A DNA stretch of 63,690 nucleotides, the filler included. It is 8 parts of 8 records of this genome, joined end to end, with 100 filler letters (N's around TTAATTAATTAA, not from the genome) between each part and the next. Parts side by side here need not be neighbours in the genome. Positions count along the whole stretch, not along the records: positions 1 to 13,800 come from DRR723986_10433; 7 more parts are not named here. One strand, written 5' to 3'. The notes beneath the pieces were generated by a model. It had not been told where the DNA came from and did not search any database. It saw nothing but the letters and a program-made list of their open reading frames with translations. Each line of letters begins with the position of its first letter. The first letter of the stretch is position 1. The position numbers and the translations under genes are program-made. Positions 1 through 11,221 of this stretch are shown here, piece after piece.

Positions 1-315
1 AACTTTGCGGCGGAATTTGCATTTGTCGATCGACATGAAATAGATCAGCAGTTCTTTGTCTGCCAAATCCAACGCCGTCCCGATCATGACACCCGCGGTT
101 TGCGCCATCGCTTCGACAATCGTGACACCTGGCATAATCGGAACACCAGGAAAGTGGCCTTGGAAATGGGGTTCGTTCATCGTTACGTTTTTGATGCCAC
201 GTGCGGATTCATACCCCCGAATATCCAAAACCTTATCGACCAGCAGAAACGGATACCGATGCGGCAAGATACGCTGAATCAACTGAATGTCGGCACTTTG
301 GGTTTCGGTTGTCAT
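1..315 (-). CDS. fabZ: 3-hydroxyacyl-ACP dehydratase FabZ (3' end runs off the window)
   Basis: Hand translation of the minus strand from ATG at 315: [29 protein letters not shown]...[31 protein letters not shown]. This has the [11 protein letters not shown] and GHFP...PGV motifs and lies downstream of bamA-ompH. Not in the ORF track because it has no stop in the window. Confidence 0.96.
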   Translation of the reverse strand, partial: MTTETQSADIQLIQRILPHRYPFLLVDKVLDIRGYESARGIKNVTMNEPHFQGHFPGVPIMPGVTIVEAMAQTAGVMIGTALDLADKELLIYFMSIDKCKFRRKV

Positions 316-386
316 GTGCAGGTATCCTGATTTTTTTAGTTTTTCTGGGATCTGACTAACAATACAAGCGCCTCAGAGCAAGGCGC

Positions 387-980
387 TCACTGTTCCGGGT
401 GTGGCAAGCGAATGCCGGACCCATCACCAATTGTCGCATCTATGCGCGAAATGGCAATATCCGTGATATCTGAATCCTTCGAACGCAAAAAAACATTGGA
501 GCGTTCTAACACGGCGACTGCACCGGCCTCTTGCATCAAGGTCTCTAGAACGGGTTGCGCCAACTGTAGAAAGACATTTCCAGCACGCTGTTGCTTACGG
601 TCTAGGTCTTCCAATTTGGCGCGTTGGCCATTTCGGTGGCTCTGCACTTTGCGATCAAATGCATCCACAAGAACGCGAAATGATTCGGGTTCCATTTCAC
701 TGCGCCGCTCTGTGAGATCTTGTTCTTCTTGGCTCAGTTCAGCAATGATACGTTCGTTTTCGGCCGCAAGAACGGCGCTTTCTGCTTCGATTTCATTGGC
801 TATACGGCGGCCAAAAGCTGAACGCCCATACATCGTTTCCCAAGACAGCGTTAGGATTTGACTTTGAGGAACCCCCAACTCCTGTGCTTGCGTCCCTTGC
901 GCGGGTAGAAAAAGAGAAAGACACAGGACCACAAATAGGCCCTGTGTCCAAAAAGGTTTCGTTAGGAGGTAACGTTCCAC
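387..980 (-). CDS. OmpH/Skp family periplasmic chaperone
   Basis: Signal peptide (..LPAQGTQAQ), long charged coiled coil, C-terminal DITDIAISRID; located between bamA and fabZ. Confidence 0.85.
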   Translation of the reverse strand: MERYLLTKPFWTQGLFVVLCLSLFLPAQGTQAQELGVPQSQILTLSWETMYGRSAFGRRIANEIEAESAVLAAENERIIAELSQEEQDLTERRSEMEPESFRVLVDAFDRKVQSHRNGQRAKLEDLDRKQQRAGNVFLQLAQPVLETLMQEAGAVAVLERSNVFLRSKDSDITDIAISRIDATIGDGSGIRLPHPEQ

Positions 981-983
981 CGC

Positions 984-3344
984 TTAGAACCGAGCCTGAA
1001 TGGTCAGGTCAAAGCTCTGCTCCTTATCAAAGGTTTCTTTCTTGAGAGCTTTGGTAAAGTTGAAACGCAGAGGTCCAAATGCCGTTGTCCACAAGACGGA
1101 AAATCCGACGACGTGACGCAAAGACCCATCGGCCCCGACAATATTGCCGCCGGCGGTGTTCACGTTCTTAAGATCCCAAAGGTTCCCAACATCATAGAAC
1201 AGACCACCCCGGATCCCCAATTCTTCGGGAAGGCCAAGTGGGAATTCCGCTTCGAATCGAGCCGCCGCAAAATAGTTCCCGCCGATCGCATCGTCCTGCC
1301 CACCGGACAAATCGCGCGGACCAATGCCTGCTGGTTCAAACCCGCGAATAACCTCGGAACCCAGAATAAAGCGGTCAATTGTCCGGCTGCTTGTATTGCT
1401 ACGCCAGCTCAACGCGCCCACTTCAAAGGAGGCCCGAAGTGTCACCTCTTCATGCAAGACTTTTGTCTGAGCTACTGCTTTGGCAGCCGTTTTCAGGAAC
1501 TCGTTGTCACCGCCCAATCCGCCTGCATCCAGACCAACTTCGAACAACACACCCGAGTTTGGATTCAATCCGCCGAGCCGGCTGTCATAGGAGTAGGTTA
1601 AGCCAAGCGAACTCGACGAACGCCGCCCTTGTCCGATTTCCGACGTGATCACAGCCCCTGTCGCGATGTTTGTGCGAGACAACATCTCTGTGTTGTTCCA
1701 TCCGTAACGCACTTGCAGTGTCGAGAGTTCGCCCAACTTAAACGCAAGCGAGGGGTTAAAGAACCGACGCGAGGTATCATAGCTGGCAAAGCTGGAATTC
1801 CGAGTGGAGAGGCCCAAATCAACATTAAAGGCAAGGTTGCGACCAAGAAGGTGCGGCTCCCCAAAACCCAACACATAAGATTTTGAATCCTGAGCCGTCG
1901 AAATTTGGAGACCCAGGCGTTGCCCACGGCCAAGAAAGTTTTCTTCCTTTAGTCCGATCGCGACACCAAAACCATCAGCAGCTGAAAAGCTACCACCAAG
2001 GTTCAGCGACCCTGTTGGTTGCTCTTCTACATCCACATCAACGATCACACGATCAGGTGTTGTCCCTTCGCGTGTTTCCACACTGGAGTCTTTGAAAAAC
2101 CCGAGCGCGCGAATGCGTTCAGCGCTTTCACGAATTTCGCGGGGGTTCAACGGGTCGCCTTCGACGCTGGTGAATTGTTGGCGAATAACACGGTCAAGGG
2201 TGGTTGTGTTCCCCTCGATGTCAATCCGTTCAACAAAAACGCGCGGGCCCTTTACCAAGGCAAATTCCACATCCAACGTCAGATCCCGATCATTACGGGT
2301 AATCCGTGGTTCAACTCTTAGGAAATCCACACCGTCTCGCAGGCCGAGGCGTTCCTGACGCGCAATGGAATTCTCGACTAGCGAAGGCGAATAGACGACG
2401 CCGGGCTTGATTTTCAGAACCTCATTGTAGGTAGAGGCATCCAGTCCACTGATTTCACTAACAGTCGAAATCTTCCCGAATGAAAACTGCTGACCTTCCT
2501 GAACATCCATCACCAGAAAGAACGCATCCCGTTCACGTGTGAATTCAACGTTGGCGCTGTTGACCCGGAAATCGATATACCCTCGTGACAGGTAGAAATC
2601 GCGAAGCAACTGCTTATCGAATTCGACACGGTCCGCAATAAATGTGTCAGAGCGGATAAATGTGCGTAACAGGCCGGCTTGTTTGCTTGCAAGAATCCGG
2701 CGCAAACGGCGATCCGAATAGACACGGTTCCCGACAAAGCTGACACGTTCGATTTCAATCGTGGTCCCTTCGGCGATCTCAAAGATCAGATCCACTCGGT
2801 TGTTCGACCGGCGAATGATCCTCGGAACAACGGTTGCAGCTACGCGACCTTGCGAGGAATACACTTTGGAGATTTCAGTCGCATCTTTTTCTGCCTGCTC
2901 AGGTGTAAACACGCGGCGTGATTGCGATGAGACAACACCATCTAGGGTCTCATCTTTGATACGCTTGTTGCCCTCAAAACTGATTTTATTGATCGTCGGG
3001 TGTTCTGCGACCGTGATTAGCAAAGTACTGCCACGCGGCGTCAATTCGACTGTTTCAAAAACACCACTGTCAAGAATGCGCTTATAAGCGTCGTTCAATT
3101 GACCTGCGGTCACCTTTTCACCACGAGCGATTCCCGTTCGAGCAACAATCGTCGATGTCTCGATTCTCTGATTTCCCTCAACTTCCACAGAATTGAAAGT
3201 GTAGGTTTGAGCCATCGCAGGCGTCGCCAATCCGGTAAAAACCGTTGCTAGGAAAAGGAAAACCCCTCCTAGAACGCGATACAAGATGTAGTCGCTTGAA
3301 ATATTTCCTCCGCAGGATGTACCCGCGCATCTCCCGATAGACAT
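984..3344 (-). CDS. bamA: Outer membrane protein assembly factor BamA
   Basis: POTRA repeats (VEGNQRIE, FEGNKRIKD, IEGNTTTLDRVIR), IRGFEPAGIGPRD motif, C-terminal Phe. Start is uncertain; ATG at 3344 was chosen over the ORF-track extension to 3524. Confidence 0.96.
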   Translation of the reverse strand: MSIGRCAGTSCGGNISSDYILYRVLGGVFLFLATVFTGLATPAMAQTYTFNSVEVEGNQRIETSTIVARTGIARGEKVTAGQLNDAYKRILDSGVFETVELTPRGSTLLITVAEHPTINKISFEGNKRIKDETLDGVVSSQSRRVFTPEQAEKDATEISKVYSSQGRVAATVVPRIIRRSNNRVDLIFEIAEGTTIEIERVSFVGNRVYSDRRLRRILASKQAGLLRTFIRSDTFIADRVEFDKQLLRDFYLSRGYIDFRVNSANVEFTRERDAFFLVMDVQEGQQFSFGKISTVSEISGLDASTYNEVLKIKPGVVYSPSLVENSIARQERLGLRDGVDFLRVEPRITRNDRDLTLDVEFALVKGPRVFVERIDIEGNTTTLDRVIRQQFTSVEGDPLNPREIRESAERIRALGFFKDSSVETREGTTPDRVIVDVDVEEQPTGSLNLGGSFSAADGFGVAIGLKEENFLGRGQRLGLQISTAQDSKSYVLGFGEPHLLGRNLAFNVDLGLSTRNSSFASYDTSRRFFNPSLAFKLGELSTLQVRYGWNNTEMLSRTNIATGAVITSEIGQGRRSSSSLGLTYSYDSRLGGLNPNSGVLFEVGLDAGGLGGDNEFLKTAAKAVAQTKVLHEEVTLRASFEVGALSWRSNTSSRTIDRFILGSEVIRGFEPAGIGPRDLSGGQDDAIGGNYFAAARFEAEFPLGLPEELGIRGGLFYDVGNLWDLKNVNTAGGNIVGADGSLRHVVGFSVLWTTAFGPLRFNFTKALKKETFDKEQSFDLTIQARF

Positions 3345-3696
3345 CAAATCATCAACCCGAATTTTTAAGACCTTGAGATGTGAGTAACGGCATTGGCCTG
3401 AGTTGTCAAAAGCACAAAAAGACACGCGGCCCAGTGAGCCGCGTGTTGCTTGTCGAATGTTCAAAAGATGTGAAGCGGAATTAGAGGCTGCCGAGAAATG
3501 CCCCAAGGAACAGCGCAAAGCCAATCGCCGAGATAAACAGTACGCGGTCCCAATTCAGAGCCACCAAAAGGCCCAAGCCACGATATGAATGCTGCAACGT
3601 TTGCATGCCCAAATCCCCTTAGAGCTGTTCGTTTGACCCAATCTAGCCACCGAATGTGGCCAGACTTGGGCGTCTAAGCAGAGATTCAGGAAAATT

Positions 3697-5046
3697 TTAG
3701 CAGAACAGATCGTTGCCGAGCGAGAAAACCATCAGAGACAGGATCATAGTAATGCCAATCGCCATCAGTAATCGCAGCGCGGTATCACTAGGTGGTTTGC
3801 CAGTCACAGCTTCATAGGCGTAAAAAACCAGATGCCCACCATCCAGCGCAGGGATTGGGAACAAGTTCAACATCCCGATTGCCGTAGACAGCACCGCGAT
3901 AAACCAGATGAAGCTTTGCGCACCCTGACTTGCCATCGCACCTGATGTTTCAGCAATCCCAATAGGTCCAGAAATGTTACAGGTGCTGATTGCCCCGGTC
4001 ACCATGTGCCAAAGACCTGACAACGACCCCTGAATGATTTTCCCGGTCTGAACAACGCCGTCTGTCAGCGCCATACCAACGCCACCTGCCTCGGTCGCAG
4101 GTTCCAACATCATGCCACCAACGATCCCTACACGCCAGTGCGTGATAAACCCTCCTTCGGGTTGGGGTTCATCAGTGCGACGAGGCGCAAGCGCAAATTC
4201 AAGCATTTCGCCGTCCCGCCAAACAGACAGCAGCAAAACACGCCCATCTGAGCCTTCAACCGCTTCTTTTAATTGCTCGAACGCAAAGATGTCTTGCCCA
4301 TCGACAGCGGTGATCACATCCCCAGAAGCCAGTTCGATATCCATCGCCGCGCTACGGGGGGCCACCTGTTGCACCAACGGGGGGAACAACCAAGGGCCAG
4401 CTACAGTCTGCGTTTGGCCATCTCGGTTGACGGTAAACTCCAGTTGTTTCTGTGCTTCTAGGGAATCGACATAGTCGGTCCACCCATCTGCATCATCAAA
4501 CTTGGGAAGCGTTTTGCCGTTGATCGCCTGTACCTCATCCCCGATTTGCAGCTCTTGCACCGTGTTCGGAAGGGTCTTGAGGTCGCCAATAGTCAAGGGA
4601 TCAGTCGCAACGCCGCGTGCCATGAAAATGCTGGCAAACACCAAAATAGAAAGCGCAAAATTAAAGATAGGTCCCGCAGCAACAGTCGCAGCTCGGGCCC
4701 AGAGTGGCGCACCATGCATTGTCCGACGCAGCGCGGCTGGATCCTGTTGCAGATCGGCCATCGTGTCTTCGTCTTTTCCAGATGCCGCATTCGCGTCACC
4801 CAAAAACTTCACGTAACCACCAAAGGGCAATAGAGCGATTTGCCAGCGTGTTCCGTGTTTGTCATCGCGGCTCCACAGAACCGGCCCAAACCCAAGTGAA
4901 AACACTTCGGCGTGAATGCCCGACCAGCGGCCAACAATATAATGTCCGTACTCGTGAACCGCTACGATCACAGAAAGCGCCAGCACAAAGGCCACGATCA
5001 TGTAGATCAAACCACCAAATTGGGGGATCAACGCTGCAATATCCAA
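3697..5046 (-). CDS. rseP: RIP metalloprotease RseP
   Basis: HEYGH zinc motif, GGYVKF, two PDZ-like regions, NLFPIPALDGG. Confidence 0.96.
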   Translation of the reverse strand: MDIAALIPQFGGLIYMIVAFVLALSVIVAVHEYGHYIVGRWSGIHAEVFSLGFGPVLWSRDDKHGTRWQIALLPFGGYVKFLGDANAASGKDEDTMADLQQDPAALRRTMHGAPLWARAATVAAGPIFNFALSILVFASIFMARGVATDPLTIGDLKTLPNTVQELQIGDEVQAINGKTLPKFDDADGWTDYVDSLEAQKQLEFTVNRDGQTQTVAGPWLFPPLVQQVAPRSAAMDIELASGDVITAVDGQDIFAFEQLKEAVEGSDGRVLLLSVWRDGEMLEFALAPRRTDEPQPEGGFITHWRVGIVGGMMLEPATEAGGVGMALTDGVVQTGKIIQGSLSGLWHMVTGAISTCNISGPIGIAETSGAMASQGAQSFIWFIAVLSTAIGMLNLFPIPALDGGHLVFYAYEAVTGKPPSDTALRLLMAIGITMILSLMVFSLGNDLFC

Positions 5047-5050
5047 AATT

Positions 5051-6223
5051 CTACCCTGCTCTGTTTACCATGGCGTCATCTGTCCATTGACGCGCGAGAT
5101 GGTCCGTTTCGGTCACATTATCAAGGGTCATTGCGGCATCAATGAGACCCGAACCTGCCTCAAACCGGTCCAGAACCTTCTCAACAAGGATCGCCATGTC
5201 CAGGAATCCTATGCGCCCGGCGATAAAGTGATCCAAGGCACGTTCCTTGGCCCCGTTAAAGACGGCACCCGACAATCCGCCGCGTTCCATAACCCACCGT
5301 GCCAGACGCAGCGCTGGATAGCGCGCATCCTCTGGAGCGCGGAAATTCAGCTGGCCGAGTTTGGCAAGATCCAACCGTTCGACTGGCAGGTCCAGCCGAT
5401 CAGGCCAATGTAGCGCGTACCCAATGGCATGGCGCATATCCGGTGCCCCCAAGTGCGCCATCAGTGCACCATCACGAAACCCGACCAAGGCGTGAACCAT
5501 AGATTCAGGATGAACAATCACCTCAATCTGGTCAGGATTAACGCCAAAGAATTCTCGTGTTTCAATGACTTCCATCGCCTTATTGAACATTGATGCGCTA
5601 TCGATGGTGATCCTTTGCCCCATATCCCAATTGGGATGGCTTGAGGCTTGATCAGGCGTTGCGTTTTCCAGATCCACCAACGGCCAATCCCGGAATGCGC
5701 CACCGCTGGCGGTGATAATGATCCGCTCGACCGCCCCCATATCTTCGCCGACGAGAGCCTGAAATATGGCGGAATGCTCACTATCGACCGGCAGTAAACA
5801 CGCATCATGCGCCCGTGCAGTTTCCAACATCAAACTGCCCGCACACACCAAGGATTCCTTGTTGGCCAACGCAAGGGTCGTCCCGTGCTTCAAAGCCTCG
5901 AGGCCCGGTGCCAACCCTGCTGCCCCAACAATTGCTGACATGACCCAATCAGCAGGTCTCGCGGCGGCTTCGATCATAGCAGCCTGCCCTGACGCAGCCT
6001 CTATTCCTGTGCCTGCCAGAGCCTCTTTCAAGTCATCAAGATGGTCATCAAAGGCGGTTACAGCCACGCTCGCGCCAACACGTTGGGCATCGGTTGCAAG
6101 CTGCACAATGTTATGCCCCCCCGTCAGGGCAACAACATCATAGTCCTCAGGCGCACGGGCAATCAGATCAATGGTGTTTTGACCGATCGACCCCGTTGCC
6201 CCGAAAATCGAGACCTTACGCAT
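5051..6223 (-). CDS. dxr: 1-deoxy-D-xylulose-5-phosphate reductoisomerase
   Basis: GATGSIG, LANKESLV, PVDSEH, HPNWDMG, TIDSASMFNKAME motifs. Confidence 0.98.
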   Translation of the reverse strand: MRKVSIFGATGSIGQNTIDLIARAPEDYDVVALTGGHNIVQLATDAQRVGASVAVTAFDDHLDDLKEALAGTGIEAASGQAAMIEAAARPADWVMSAIVGAAGLAPGLEALKHGTTLALANKESLVCAGSLMLETARAHDACLLPVDSEHSAIFQALVGEDMGAVERIIITASGGAFRDWPLVDLENATPDQASSHPNWDMGQRITIDSASMFNKAMEVIETREFFGVNPDQIEVIVHPESMVHALVGFRDGALMAHLGAPDMRHAIGYALHWPDRLDLPVERLDLAKLGQLNFRAPEDARYPALRLARWVMERGGLSGAVFNGAKERALDHFIAGRIGFLDMAILVEKVLDRFEAGSGLIDAAMTLDNVTETDHLARQWTDDAMVNRAG

Positions 6224-7005
6224 TACATATCTCCGGGTGCCAGAAACAATCCGACGATCAGAACAAACACTGCGGCCCCCATCATACCATCAAAACGATC
6301 AAGAAAACCGCCATGCCCTGGGATAAGGTTCGAGCTGTCTTTGATCCCGGTTTTGCGTTTGATCGCGCTTTCGGCGAAATCGCCCGCCTGAGAGGCCATA
6401 GAGGTCAAGACGGATATGATCACCAACGGCAGGCCAAACCCGCCAATGATTGCAAAACCAACGCCAACACAACCCGCAGCCACCCAGCCGCCAGCAGTTC
6501 CGGACCATGTTTTCTTGGGGCTCACCCGGGGCCAGAATTTCGGGCCACCAATGGCTTTGCCAACAAAGTACCCGGCCACATCGGTCGCAACAACGACGCA
6601 GATGAGCCAAAGCATCCAATCAAAGCCCATGGTTTCGCGGATCGAGATAAAGCCTAGACCGGCTGCTGTGATCCATATGGCAAACACCACATACAGACCC
6701 CGGTTCTGTTTCAACTGACCCATTCCAACCAATGCGGGCGCCAAAACAACAGGCAGTCGGAAAACTGGCGGGATATGATAGCATGCCATCACAGCGACAC
6801 CGGTCAGAACCGCAAGTTGTACCGCAACACCCGACCGTTCAGGATCGAGCATGCGCACGAGTTCCCAAATCATGATCGCAGCAGCGACCGCGATGAAACT
6901 CTCGAACCACAAACCGCCTTGCCAAACTTCGATGGCCCCAATGCCAACCAAGACGATGGCTGAGGTTACACGTGCAGCAAGATCAGACCACCGACTGTCG
7001 CTCAT
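6223..7005 (-). CDS. cdsA: Phosphatidate cytidylyltransferase
   Basis: SPKKTWSG and IKDSSNLIPGHGGFLDRFD motifs; ATG at 7005 overlaps the uppS stop (ATGA). Confidence 0.96.
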   Translation of the reverse strand: MSDSRWSDLAARVTSAIVLVGIGAIEVWQGGLWFESFIAVAAAIMIWELVRMLDPERSGVAVQLAVLTGVAVMACYHIPPVFRLPVVLAPALVGMGQLKQNRGLYVVFAIWITAAGLGFISIRETMGFDWMLWLICVVVATDVAGYFVGKAIGGPKFWPRVSPKKTWSGTAGGWVAAGCVGVGFAIIGGFGLPLVIISVLTSMASQAGDFAESAIKRKTGIKDSSNLIPGHGGFLDRFDGMMGAAVFVLIVGLFLAPGDM

Positions 7006-7733
7006 GTCTTGACCGCTCCGAACCGGCGATCGCGCGATCCATAGCTTTGGCACAGCCGCGTCAATTCAGCCGCTGTAAAGTCAGGCCAGAGCGTGTCGAT
7101 GAATTCGTATTCTGAATAAGCAGACTGCCACAGCAGGAAATTAGAAATCCGTGCTTCGCCACTAGTTCGAATAACCAGATCAGGATCTGGCAGAACATGT
7201 GTGTCCAGATACCGTGGCAAGGTTTCTTCGTCGACATCTTTGGGCAACAGCTTACCGTCAGCAACATCCTGAGCCAGCCGTTTGGTTGCGCGCGCAACTT
7301 CGTCGCGGCCCCCATAATTAAGCGCAATCGTCAGTTGAACCCCTGGGTTGTCCTTGGTCAGGTCTTCGAGTTCCCCCATCAACCCAACCAATTTGGCATC
7401 CAACCGCAGCCGGTCCCCAATAAACCGCACCCGCACACCACGACGATGAAGTTCGCGGGTTTCTTTGGTAATATAGCGGCGAAACAAACTCATCAGGCCT
7501 GCAACTTCGACCTGTGTGCGTTTCCAGTTCTCAGTCGAAAAGGCGAAAATCGTCAGGTATTTCACCCCTATAGTTGGGCAAACATCAACAACTTCGCGCA
7601 CACGCTTTGCGCCTGCATGGTGACCAAATAGCCTTGGACGCCCGCGGGCCTGCGCCCAGCGTCCATTGCCATCCATAATGATCGCCACATGGCGCGGGCC
7701 GACTGCAGGCTCTGAATACGGGTCTATGGGCAT
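7002..7733 (-). CDS. uppS: Undecaprenyl diphosphate synthase (isoprenyl transferase)
   Basis: HVAIIMDGNGRWA, FAFSTENWKR, IRTSGEARISNFLLWQ. Confidence 0.97.
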   Translation of the reverse strand: MPIDPYSEPAVGPRHVAIIMDGNGRWAQARGRPRLFGHHAGAKRVREVVDVCPTIGVKYLTIFAFSTENWKRTQVEVAGLMSLFRRYITKETRELHRRGVRVRFIGDRLRLDAKLVGLMGELEDLTKDNPGVQLTIALNYGGRDEVARATKRLAQDVADGKLLPKDVDEETLPRYLDTHVLPDPDLVIRTSGEARISNFLLWQSAYSEYEFIDTLWPDFTAAELTRLCQSYGSRDRRFGAVKT

Positions 7734-7744
7734 CAACTCGACGC

Positions 7745-8308
7745 TCAGACCTGCATAATTTCGGCTTGCTTCACTTCAAGACCATCGTCGATGACCTTGA
7801 TCATCTTGTCCGTCAGTTCCTGAACTTCGGTTTCCCAGAATTTTTGGTCATCTTCGGACATACCGTCAGATTTGGCCTTTTTGATCTGGTCCATCCCGTC
7901 GCGACGCACATTGCGCACTGAAACGCGCGCGTGCTCGGCATATTGGCCAGCGACCTTGGTCAATTCGCGGCGGCGCTCTTCGTTGAGCTCAGGAATCGGC
8001 AGCATGATGATCGTGCCATTCAGCTGCGGGTTAATGCCCAGACCGCTCTCGCGGATGGCTTTTTCAACCTTGTTGACCAAACCTTTGTCCCACACGTTAA
8101 TGGTAACCATGCGCGGCTCTGGCACGTTCACGGTCCCGACCTGATTGATCGGTGTCATTGAGCCGTAGGCGTCAACCATCACCGGCTCAAGCATCGAACC
8201 CGAGGCGCGCCCCGTGCGCAAAGATGCAAATTCTGTTTTCAAATTTGACATCGCGCCATCCATGCGGCGCTGAAGATCGTCAGTATCAAGAATAAAATCG
8301 TCAGACAT
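7745..8308 (-). CDS. frr: Ribosome recycling factor
   Basis: [37 protein letters not shown] upstream. Confidence 0.98.
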   Translation of the reverse strand: MSDDFILDTDDLQRRMDGAMSNLKTEFASLRTGRASGSMLEPVMVDAYGSMTPINQVGTVNVPEPRMVTINVWDKGLVNKVEKAIRESGLGINPQLNGTIIMLPIPELNEERRRELTKVAGQYAEHARVSVRNVRRDGMDQIKKAKSDGMSEDDQKFWETEVQELTDKMIKVIDDGLEVKQAEIMQV

Positions 8309-8356
8309 GCTGCCCACTCCCCTTTAAAGGATTATTGGTTGCCGAGGTCTATAAAC

Positions 8357-9097
8357 CTAGCCGACCACCTTTGTATAGGTGCCCCTACCTGCAAGAATGC
8401 CACGGAACCCACCGGGTTCGTCTAGTGAAAACACGATGATGGGTAAATTATTGTCTCGTGCCAATGCAATGGCGGACGCGTCCATAACACCCAAACGTTT
8501 GGCCAGAACATCATCATAAGAGACCGAGTCATACCGGACTGCGTCGTCAAACTTAACTGGATCCTTGTCGTAAACGCCGTCGACTTTGGTGCCCTTGAAA
8601 ATCGCTTCACAGCTCATCTCATTCGCGCGCAAAGTGGCAGCGGTGTCCGTTGTGAAGTATGGGTTACCGGTGCCTGCCGCAAAAATGCAAACCCGCTTTT
8701 TCTCGAGGTGGCGCACGGCGCGGCGACGGATGTAAGGTTCACACACCTGATCCATGGGAATTGCAGAGATGACCCGTGTAAACACGCCCAGCTCTTCTAG
8801 GGCAGATTGCATTGCCAGTGCGTTCATGACTGTGGCCAGCATTCCCATATAGTCCGCTGTGGTCCGTTCCATACCCTGAGCCGAGCCACTGAGACCGCGG
8901 AAAATATTGCCGCCCCCGATCACCATACAGATTTCGACCCCCATATCGTGAACCGACTTTACCTCTTCGGCGATGCGTTGAACGGTGGGCGGGTGCAGGC
9001 CAAATCCCTGATCCCCCATAAGGGCCTCACCGGAGATTTTAAGCATCACTCGATTATAGGTGGTTTCATTGATCTCGATGGAGGAGGAAGAGGTCAT
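8357..9097 (-). CDS. pyrH: UMP kinase
   Basis: [37 protein letters not shown]. Confidence 0.98.
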   Translation of the reverse strand: MTSSSSIEINETTYNRVMLKISGEALMGDQGFGLHPPTVQRIAEEVKSVHDMGVEICMVIGGGNIFRGLSGSAQGMERTTADYMGMLATVMNALAMQSALEELGVFTRVISAIPMDQVCEPYIRRRAVRHLEKKRVCIFAAGTGNPYFTTDTAATLRANEMSCEAIFKGTKVDGVYDKDPVKFDDAVRYDSVSYDDVLAKRLGVMDASAIALARDNNLPIIVFSLDEPGGFRGILAGRGTYTKVVG

Positions 9098-9216
9098 GTT
9101 GCGCTCCGCTGCGGCACGGGGTTATTTTCCCAGCGAAAATGAAGCAAAACGCGTTGGGATTCAATGCGGCATGATGCAAATAAGGGTAGGAATGTGATGG
9201 TTTTGGAAAGCGCAGC

Positions 9217-10092
9217 ATGAGATTGCTAGAACAACTGCCACCAATCCCCGACTCGGCACCCATCTTGATCGCCGGTCCTACGGCCTCGGGCAAGTCTGCG
9301 CTTGCTCTGGAAATCGCAGATCGGTTTGGCGGCGTCATCGTCAATGCGGACGCTAGTCAGGTTTACGAGTGTTGGCGGGTGATCACGGCGCGGCCGTCGA
9401 TTGAAGAAGAAGCGCGCGCGCCTCATCTGCTGTATGGTCACGTCTCATATGACACAGCTTATTCCGCCGGACACTGGCTGCGAGATGTGCGGCCTCTTTT
9501 AAAGAGTGGCGCACGTCCCATTATCGTTGGCGGCACTGGACTTTATTTTTCCACGCTGACTCAAGGTATGGCTGATATTCCGCCAACCCCTGCCGAAGTT
9601 CGAACAACAGCTGATGCCTTGCCTCTGGCAACCTTACTCAATGATCTGGATCCAGAAACAGCTGGTGCGATTGATCAATTCAACCGAGCCCGCGTTCAGC
9701 GCGCATGGGAAGTACAGGCGGCAACAGGGCGGTCCCTGTTCAGCTGGCAAGCCGACACACCGGCGCCTGTGTTGCCCATTTCCGAGGCCGTTCCTCTGGT
9801 TTTCGATGTAGAGAAAGACTGGCTTCTGGACCGGATCATGCGCCGATTTGATTTGATGCTTGAACAAGGTGCTTTGGACGAGGTTGCTTCGATGCGATCT
9901 CGATATGACCCGGCCCTGCCCGCTTGCAAAGCCATCGGGGTGCCTGAATTGATGTCTTATCTAGATGGCAGTTGTTCTTTGGATATGGCCCGTGAACGCG
10001 CAGGCATTGCAACGCGGCAATTTGCAAAACGACAGCGCACCTGGTTTCGCTCAAAAATGAAAAACTGGCATCACGTTAGCCCGAATCAGTGA
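9217..10092 (+). CDS. miaA: tRNA dimethylallyltransferase
   Basis: [10 protein letters not shown]-loop, [27 protein letters not shown]. Confidence 0.97.
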   Translation: MRLLEQLPPIPDSAPILIAGPTASGKSALALEIADRFGGVIVNADASQVYECWRVITARPSIEEEARAPHLLYGHVSYDTAYSAGHWLRDVRPLLKSGARPIIVGGTGLYFSTLTQGMADIPPTPAEVRTTADALPLATLLNDLDPETAGAIDQFNRARVQRAWEVQAATGRSLFSWQADTPAPVLPISEAVPLVFDVEKDWLLDRIMRRFDLMLEQGALDEVASMRSRYDPALPACKAIGVPELMSYLDGSCSLDMARERAGIATRQFAKRQRTWFRSKMKNWHHVSPNQ

Positions 10093-10183
10093 TTCACAGC
10101 ATTTGGACAATTTTCTGCTGAAATCGTACAAAATATGCGCTACGTCTGACGGATATCCCTAAGCGTGTGCGATTTTCGAACAT

Positions 10184-11002
10184 ATGCCAGCATCTGAATT
10201 AGAGCAAATCCCGATTCGAAACGTCGCGTTGGCGCAGTTGACACCCATGGGGCCCTGGCAGTTGAACTTGTCACATGATCGTGAACATCACCTCCTCTTG
10301 TGGATCACGCGTGGGCAGGGCGTAGCGCTTTTGGATGGGGCTCGGTCTGGGATCAGTTTGCACAGCGCGATTTTTGTGCCCGCCCATCACCTGATGGCTA
10401 TCGAATTAGGGCGTCAAAGCTTTGGCCAGGCTGCTTTGGTATCAAAGGGCCAAAGTGAGAATTGGCCTGACAAGCCACTACACCTTAAAATTCGTGAAAC
10501 AGGAAAACAGGCCGAACTCGTGACGTTGCTTGATGCAGTAAACCGCGAACACGCAATGGGCGACGGCTTCTTGTCTCAAAGTTTGCAGTCATATGCCAAT
10601 CTTATTGGAATTTGGCTTCAGCGCTATCAAGCCTCAACCCCGACGGACCCTAGAAAAACAGCTGCGCGCAAGTTGATGCAGCGATACTGCAGCCGTCTTG
10701 TGTATGAATATGCAAGCGGAGGGTCGATGGCCGATCACGCCGAAGCTTTGAACGTAACCCCCACTCACTTAACCCGCGTTTGCAAGTCAGAAACCGGGCA
10801 TACTGCGGCCACTCTGCTAACGCAGCGCTTGCTCTACGCGGCCCGCACGGAACTGATCAACACACAGGATCAATCCAAAGATATTGCACAACGTTTGGGG
10901 TTCGGCAGTTCAGCCTATTTCAGTCGGTTCATTCAGGTCCATACGGGGCAATCCCCGACGACCCTGCGTCGCGCAGCACACACGTCCATTTCTGGATCCT
11001 AA
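10184..11002 (+). CDS. AraC family transcriptional regulator
   Basis: N-terminal cupin-like region; C-terminal double HTH with IAQRLGFGSSAYFSRF...GQSP. Confidence 0.92.
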   Translation: MPASELEQIPIRNVALAQLTPMGPWQLNLSHDREHHLLLWITRGQGVALLDGARSGISLHSAIFVPAHHLMAIELGRQSFGQAALVSKGQSENWPDKPLHLKIRETGKQAELVTLLDAVNREHAMGDGFLSQSLQSYANLIGIWLQRYQASTPTDPRKTAARKLMQRYCSRLVYEYASGGSMADHAEALNVTPTHLTRVCKSETGHTAATLLTQRLLYAARTELINTQDQSKDIAQRLGFGSSAYFSRFIQVHTGQSPTTLRRAAHTSISGS

Positions 11003-11221
11003 AAAGAAATCGTCCCGTCCAGTCGTTTTTCTTCTCTCGAAATGTCGCTTTTGGTACAGGATATGACGAAACCAATCATTGACCTCTTACAAAATCTGGT
11101 GCGGAATGAAGGACATGGGGTTCAAAGATATCCACATATTGCGAAATTAGGTCCAAACCGGGCCAAGAGGACTGATGCTCTTCCATCGTCTTCCAATAAA
11201 ATACGTCACAGGGAGTTCTAC

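Noticed and set aside
3345-3524. 60-aa N-terminal extension of BamA in the ORF track
   Set aside because: It precedes the signal-peptide region and looks like open intergenic sequence; treated as promoter or leader.
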